Assembly (NCBI GenBank): GCA_039028615.1
Contig: JBCCHT010000006.1
Location: forward strand, 192,001 to 256,000
Length of the DNA: 64,000 bases
Direction: 5' to 3'
Source: Myxococcota bacterium
Lineage (GTDB): Bacteria; Myxococcota_A; Polyangia; Nannocystales; Nannocystaceae
Both the position numbers and the translations under genes were made by a program. Below are positions 59,211 through 64,000 of this stretch, in pieces (within the stretch, counting starts at the first letter, position 1; each line of letters opens with the position of its first letter). The notes below the pieces were generated by a model. That model was not told the origin of the DNA and made no database searches. It saw nothing but the letters and a program-made list of their open reading frames with translations.

Positions 59211-60026
59211 ATGAGTCGCCCTCGCGGTCGTCGTCTGCTCGAGCGGGTTCGGCGCAATCGTGTCGGCTCCGGCGGGAGCAACAACCAGCGGGGCCCTTCG
59301 CCCGGCACTGGTTTCGGTCTCGAAGATGAAGGGCCTCCGCCCGAGTCCGTGCCGGCTGGCGTCGGGTGGGATCACACCGCCCGCACCGCCGACGCCTCGT
59401 CGCCCAGCGCGGGCATGAGCAGCGACGAACTCCGCTCCGCGTTGCTCAGCTTGCTCGCCGATCCACGCACGAGCTCCGTCACCGCGTCGGTGGCCGCCAA
59501 GACCCTCGGGCTCCCGGCCACCGACATCGAGAACACCCTCGACACCATGGTGCAGGCCGGCGAGCTCCAGCGAGCGGGCGGCGTGCCCAAGCGCTACCAG
59601 CTGCCCGCCGAGCAAAAGGCTCGCCTCGAGAACCTCTTCGTCGAGAGCGCGCGCGAGCTGGGTGAGCACGGGGTGTTGATGCAGGCGTCGCCCGACGACG
59701 CCCTCGCCACCCTCGACGACGAAGCCGAAGAGCCGCGCCTGCCCGTCACCGCGGGCTTGCTCAGCATGTTCTTGCCGGGCACGGGGCAGCTGCTCAACGG
59801 CGACGTGGGCCGAGCCTCGCTCGTGTTCGCGGTGTGGAGCCTGGCCTGGATCACCCAGCTGTCGCCCGTCTGGACCTTCGTGTGTCTGTACGCGGGCGCC
59901 GAGGCGTTCTTCACCGCGAAGATCCGCAGCATGGAGCGCAAGCTCGCCAAAGAGACCGCGCTCGGAAGCGGTGGGGCACCGCCGCCCTCCCCTCCTCAGC
60001 TGCCGCCCAAGCCGTCGACGCCCTGA
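59211..60026 (+). CDS. Hypothetical membrane protein (wHTH-like segment plus TM2-like C-terminus)
   Basis: ASVAAKTLGLPATDIENTLDTMVQAGEL; AGLLSMFLPGTGQLLNG. Confidence 0.7.
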   Translation: MSRPRGRRLLERVRRNRVGSGGSNNQRGPSPGTGFGLEDEGPPPESVPAGVGWDHTARTADASSPSAGMSSDELRSALLSLLADPRTSSVTASVAAKTLGLPATDIENTLDTMVQAGELQRAGGVPKRYQLPAEQKARLENLFVESARELGEHGVLMQASPDDALATLDDEAEEPRLPVTAGLLSMFLPGTGQLLNGDVGRASLVFAVWSLAWITQLSPVWTFVCLYAGAEAFFTAKIRSMERKLAKETALGSGGAPPPSPPQLPPKPSTP

Positions 60027-60124
60027 TCCCGCTCACTGCTGGAGCGAACGCTTCGGCGCGAAGTCCCGCGAGGCGTTCGGAGTGCGATGCCGTTCAACCC
60101 GTGCTTCCATCGGACTGGGGTGAG

Positions 60125-60799
60125 ATGAAGCTTCGAGACATCGTCCCGTGGGGCCGGTCGCAGACCGAGTACCGCAGCATGTTCAACCTCTCGGATGCGG
60201 ACCTCGGCGGCACGCTGCTCGGCTGCGGTGATGGTCCGGCGTCCTTCAACGCAGAGATCACCGCGTCGGGCGGCCGCGTGGTGTCCGTCGATCCGATCTA
60301 TCGCTTCGATGCGACGCAGCTGCGGGGGCGGATCGAAGCGGCGTACGAGGAGGTCATGCCCCAGGTCATCGCTCGGCCCGACGAGTACTCGTGGAAGAGC
60401 ATCCGTGACCCGGACGAGCTCGGGCGCGTGCGCATGAGAGCGATGGAGACCTTCCTCGGGGACTATGAACGAGGCAAGGCCCAGGAGCGCTACATCGAAG
60501 GCGCCCTGCCCGAGCTGCCCTTCGCCGATGAGCGCTTCGATCTCGCGCTGTGCTCTCACTTCCTGTTTCTGTACAGCGAACGCGTCTCGCTCGAGCAGCA
60601 CCTCGCGTCGGTGCGAGAGCTGTGTCGAGTCGCCAAGGAAGCACGCATCTACCCGCTGCTCACGCTCGCGGGCGAGCCTTCTCCGCACGTGGATCCGCTG
60701 CGCGGCATCCTGAACGACACGGGCATCGATACGCGCCTCGTCACCGTGGAGTACGAGTTCCAGAAGGGCGCGACCCAAATGCTGGTCGCCCGCGCGTAG
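60125..60799 (+). CDS. SAM-dependent methyltransferase-like protein
   Basis: LGCGDGPASF, VSVDPIY, LPFADERFDLALCSHFLFLYS. Confidence 0.85.
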   Translation: MKLRDIVPWGRSQTEYRSMFNLSDADLGGTLLGCGDGPASFNAEITASGGRVVSVDPIYRFDATQLRGRIEAAYEEVMPQVIARPDEYSWKSIRDPDELGRVRMRAMETFLGDYERGKAQERYIEGALPELPFADERFDLALCSHFLFLYSERVSLEQHLASVRELCRVAKEARIYPLLTLAGEPSPHVDPLRGILNDTGIDTRLVTVEYEFQKGATQMLVARA

Positions 60800-61168
60800 C
60801 CACTACGGGAAGCAACCGGAGGTGTCGAAGGCGCACGACCCGTCGCACGCCAACGCCCCGCCCGAAAATCCACCGTGGGTAGGAAGTTGCTGACTCTCAA
60901 CCAACGCTCATGCGTCGAGCACCGCGAATCCGTGGGACTTTTTCTCGACGATTCGACATCGAGAAAAGTCGGCTCGGCGATGTAATGCCCGAGCCGATCA
61001 CGGAAAGGGCAAGTCGTAGAGACGCTATCCGCTGGCCACGATGACCGAGCTTCGGTTCGCCACCCATAGAGTGGACGCGAAGCTTCGGGTTCGACCTCGG
61101 ACCTCGGTCGCTCGACGACGAGCCGCGGCCGCACGGATGCGTCGCACCGAGCAAAGGAACGACGAGCC

Positions 61169-61810
61169 ATGAAGAAACTACTGTCTGTTTCGTGTCTGAT
61201 GACCATCCTCTTGCCGCTGACGATGGCGAGCGGATGCGATTTCGAGTTCCCGCATCCCGATCTCCCTGGCGGGGACACGGGAGAACGAGGCGGTGACGAA
61301 GCTGGCGAGGGCGGCGACCTCGAAGCATGTGATGCGGTGTTCGAGGCCTGCCTGGACGAAGGCGCCGACGAAGAAGCGTGTGTCGAGGTTCTCGAGGCCT
61401 GCTGGGACGAGGGCGGTGCCGAAGCCAACGGCGGTGGCGAGGAGCCCCCGATCGACGCGTGCGCGGGGGAGTTCGAGCTGTGCCTGGAAGAGGGTCACCC
61501 GATCGAGCTGTGCGAGGAGATCCTCGACGCATGCGACCCCGACGGCGAAGGCGAGTGCGAGGACCCCGACGGTGACGGCGAGGGCGAGCCCGACGGCGAG
61601 GACCCGGGAGGCGAGGAACCGGACGGGGAGGAGCCCGATGGCGAGGGCGAGCCCGATGGCGAAGACCCGGGAGGCGAGGAACCGGGCGGTGAGGAGCCCG
61701 ATGGCGGACCCGCAAGCGAGCACTGCGTAGAGGAACTCGTCGCCTGTCTCGAGGCGGGCGAGCCCGCGTGGGTCTGCGAAGAGCTGCTCGAGGCCTGCGA
61801 ACCGATGTAG
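61169..61810 (+). CDS. Acidic Cys-repeat lipoprotein
   Basis: AAGGA upstream, lipobox ASGC, three C-x6-C-x9-C-x6-C repeats, DGEGEP repeats. Confidence 0.8.
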   Translation: MKKLLSVSCLMTILLPLTMASGCDFEFPHPDLPGGDTGERGGDEAGEGGDLEACDAVFEACLDEGADEEACVEVLEACWDEGGAEANGGGEEPPIDACAGEFELCLEEGHPIELCEEILDACDPDGEGECEDPDGDGEGEPDGEDPGGEEPDGEEPDGEGEPDGEDPGGEEPGGEEPDGGPASEHCVEELVACLEAGEPAWVCEELLEACEPM

Positions 61811-61828
61811 TCCGAGAGCGAGACGGTC

Positions 61829-61864
61829 TGGGGCGCGGCTCCTTCGGGAGTCGCGCCCCATTTT
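61829..61864 (+). terminator. Intrinsic terminator
   Basis: TGGGGCGCGGCTCC-TTCG-GGAGTCGCGCCCCA followed by TTTT. Confidence 0.85.
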
Positions 61865-61923
61865 CCACGGCGCCCAGGCCCACTCGCGCAGGCCAGCGGC
61901 GACCCGGAAGGCGAGCGCGTCGC

Positions 61924-64000
61924 TCAGACCTTCGAGGGGGTCGTCAGCGGCAGGAAGGGCACGCGTTCCTCCGCATCGCCTTCGCCGTATAGCCACCGAT
62001 ACGCGAGCCAGCGCCCGAGCACGGACTGCGTGTACTTGCGCGTCTCGTCGTAGGGAATCGACTCGATGAACAGGTCGAGATCCCACTTGCCCCGCTCGCC
62101 CAGCCAGCGATCGACCGAGCCCGCCCCCGCGTTGTAGCTGGGGATCGCCAGGGCCACCGCCCCGTTGCCGCCGCCGTAGCGCGCGGTGAGGCGGCCGAGG
62201 TAGCGCATGCCGAGATCGAGGTTGAGCGCGGGATCGAAGAGCACCCGCTCATTGTCGATGGAGACCCCCGCCGACTTGGCCAGGCCGCGCGCGGTGGCGG
62301 GCATCAGCTGCACCAAGCCCCGCGCCCCTGCGAACGAGGTCACGCCCGGATCGAAGCGACTCTCGGTCTGCATGATCGCGAAGGTGAGCAGCGAGGGCAC
62401 CTCGTGGGTCGTCTCGCCGACGCCGATGATCTCGGTGAAGGGCTGCGGATAGGCCCCACGCCAGCGATCGAGGTTGCCGGCCCCGGGTGCGTCGGCACGC
62501 CAGCGCGCGCCGAGATTGGCGATCTCCCGCTGAGCGGCGGGATACAGCCCCGCCTGGTTGAGCACCGCCACCGCGGGCCACCCCTTGACCTCGGCGTGCC
62601 GAAGCTCGGCGCGGGCCTCGGTGCCCAGCCCCAAGCGCGCGAGCACGTCGGCGCGATGCAGCGCGTCGTCGCCCGCCGCCGCAGGTGCGGACGGCTCTGC
62701 GGGTGCACCCCGCAGGCGGTCGAGTCCCTGGGTGAGCAGCTCGGGCCCGCGCTCGCGAAGCCGCGACAGGGCCTGCAGCGAGGGGTAGTCGAGCGGAGCC
62801 GCCTCCACCGCTTCGAGCCAGGCCTGCTCGGCGTCCTCGGGGCGCCCGAGGTGATCGAGCGCCCGCCCACGGAAGTACAGCAGCTTGGCGCGCTCGGCCG
62901 GGTGCGCGATCGAACCTTTGAGCGCGGCATCGATCAGCGCGAGCGCCTGCTTGTGCTTGCCCCCGGCGAAGTGCATCACGAGCAGCCGGCGTCGGGCCTC
63001 GTGGCGCTTGTCGCCGGGGTGCTTTTCGATGGCGCGCACATACGCCTTGGCCGCGCGCGCTTCGTTGCCGTGGGACTCCCACGACTCGCCCGCGAGCACC
63101 AGCGCATCATCGGCATAGCTGTGCTCGCCGTGATCGGAGGCCAAGGCCTCGAAGCGCTCACCCGCCTTGGAGTACTGACCCGCGGCATACCACCCGCGCG
63201 CGCCCTGGTATCGCGACTTGACGCGTAGGGTCTCGAACTTCTTGCCCGCGGCCTTGCAGTCGCGATCGGCCCGGTCGAAGGCATCCCGTGCTTCGGCGCG
63301 CTTGCGTTGCTTGAAGATCGACGACCCCTTCACGTACCAGAGCCGACAACGCTGGGCCGCGCTGAGCTTGGACTTGGACTTCACGCCGTCGACGGCCTTG
63401 ACCGCCGAGGCATAGCGATGGCGATCGAGCAGGGCCTCGGCCCGCAATACCGACAGCTCTCGCCTGTGGCTGGCCGCCGCCCCGCCCTTGCGCAAGGGCC
63501 CGAGCTCCCGCTCCAGCTTGGGGATCGTCTTCTTGGCTTCTTGGCCGTAGTCGCTCAGCGGCACCGCGGTGCGCAGACCATCGTAGAGGGTCAGCCCTTC
63601 GCGACGGCGCTCGTCGTCGTCGTCCTCGACCAGCATGCGCGCGAGCTTGGCCCGCACCTCGAAGCGTCGGTCTCCCTTTTTGTGGTCGGCGAGGTACTGG
63701 CGATAGGCCTTCTCCGCCCCGTCGGGATCCTTGGTGCGACGATGCGCGTCACCTTCGATGACCAGCAGATCGCCGCCGACGGCGGAGGCCGTCCACACCT
63801 TGCGGTCGAGGCCTTCGAGCAAGCTCCGTGCGACCTCCGGCTGGCCAGCGTCGAGCCGTGCTTGGGCCTCCCAGCGAACCAACCAGACCGCCACCGACTC
63901 GAGCCCGGGCGCCTTGCGAGCCGCCGCGAACCGATCGGCCGCCTCGGCGTCTTGCCCCTGCTTTTGATGCTCGAGGGCGCGAAGGAGCTCGGCCGCGCCG
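61924..64000 (-). CDS. Soluble lytic transglycosylase with TPR-like repeats (5'-truncated by window)
   Basis: IMQTESRF, GARGLVQLMPATA, SYNAGAG, IPYDETRKY; frame stays open to window end. Confidence 0.92.
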   Translation of the reverse strand, partial: GAAELLRALEHQKQGQDAEAADRFAAARKAPGLESVAVWLVRWEAQARLDAGQPEVARSLLEGLDRKVWTASAVGGDLLVIEGDAHRRTKDPDGAEKAYRQYLADHKKGDRRFEVRAKLARMLVEDDDDERRREGLTLYDGLRTAVPLSDYGQEAKKTIPKLERELGPLRKGGAAASHRRELSVLRAEALLDRHRYASAVKAVDGVKSKSKLSAAQRCRLWYVKGSSIFKQRKRAEARDAFDRADRDCKAAGKKFETLRVKSRYQGARGWYAAGQYSKAGERFEALASDHGEHSYADDALVLAGESWESHGNEARAAKAYVRAIEKHPGDKRHEARRRLLVMHFAGGKHKQALALIDAALKGSIAHPAERAKLLYFRGRALDHLGRPEDAEQAWLEAVEAAPLDYPSLQALSRLRERGPELLTQGLDRLRGAPAEPSAPAAAGDDALHRADVLARLGLGTEARAELRHAEVKGWPAVAVLNQAGLYPAAQREIANLGARWRADAPGAGNLDRWRGAYPQPFTEIIGVGETTHEVPSLLTFAIMQTESRFDPGVTSFAGARGLVQLMPATARGLAKSAGVSIDNERVLFDPALNLDLGMRYLGRLTARYGGGNGAVALAIPSYNAGAGSVDRWLGERGKWDLDLFIESIPYDETRKYTQSVLGRWLAYRWLYGEGDAEERVPFLPLTTPSKV

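Noticed and set aside
61055..61135. c-di-GMP-I riboswitch call
   Set aside because: GGCAAA junction and GNRA loop are missing; kept only as an unassigned leader

Overview
High-GC (~70%) bacterial chromosomal segment, most likely from a myxobacterium (Nannocystaceae-like; inferred from several Ser/Thr kinases, an ECF sigma/TPR-kinase pair, Cys-rich and IgGFc-binding lipoproteins). It holds about 45 genes, including an alpha-2-macroglobulin/PBP1C pair, a fused 2-oxoacid dehydrogenase E1, radC, an S55 peptidase operon, rnhA, a surface-glycosylation cluster, greB, a Ski2-like helicase, dapD and a lytic transglycosylase. No rRNA, tRNA, CRISPR array or transposase was seen. Three non-coding signals stand out. 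(1) Two oppositely oriented arrays of a ~230-bp repeat enclose an orphan gene, and the host genes on both sides show mirror-image loss of C at synonymous sites (7.4-10.1 kb). (2) An identical ECF-type promoter, GTGAACCG-N13-CCCGACT-N8-ATG, precedes both lipoprotein genes flanking an ECF sigma/kinase pair (39-46 kb). (3) A ~250-nt multi-hairpin element with about ten UCCCC (or GGGGA) motifs lies directly after a degenerate sigma54-activator-like gene that has its own -24/-12 promoter (56.7-57.9 kb). All product calls rest on motif recognition by eye; no database searches were run.
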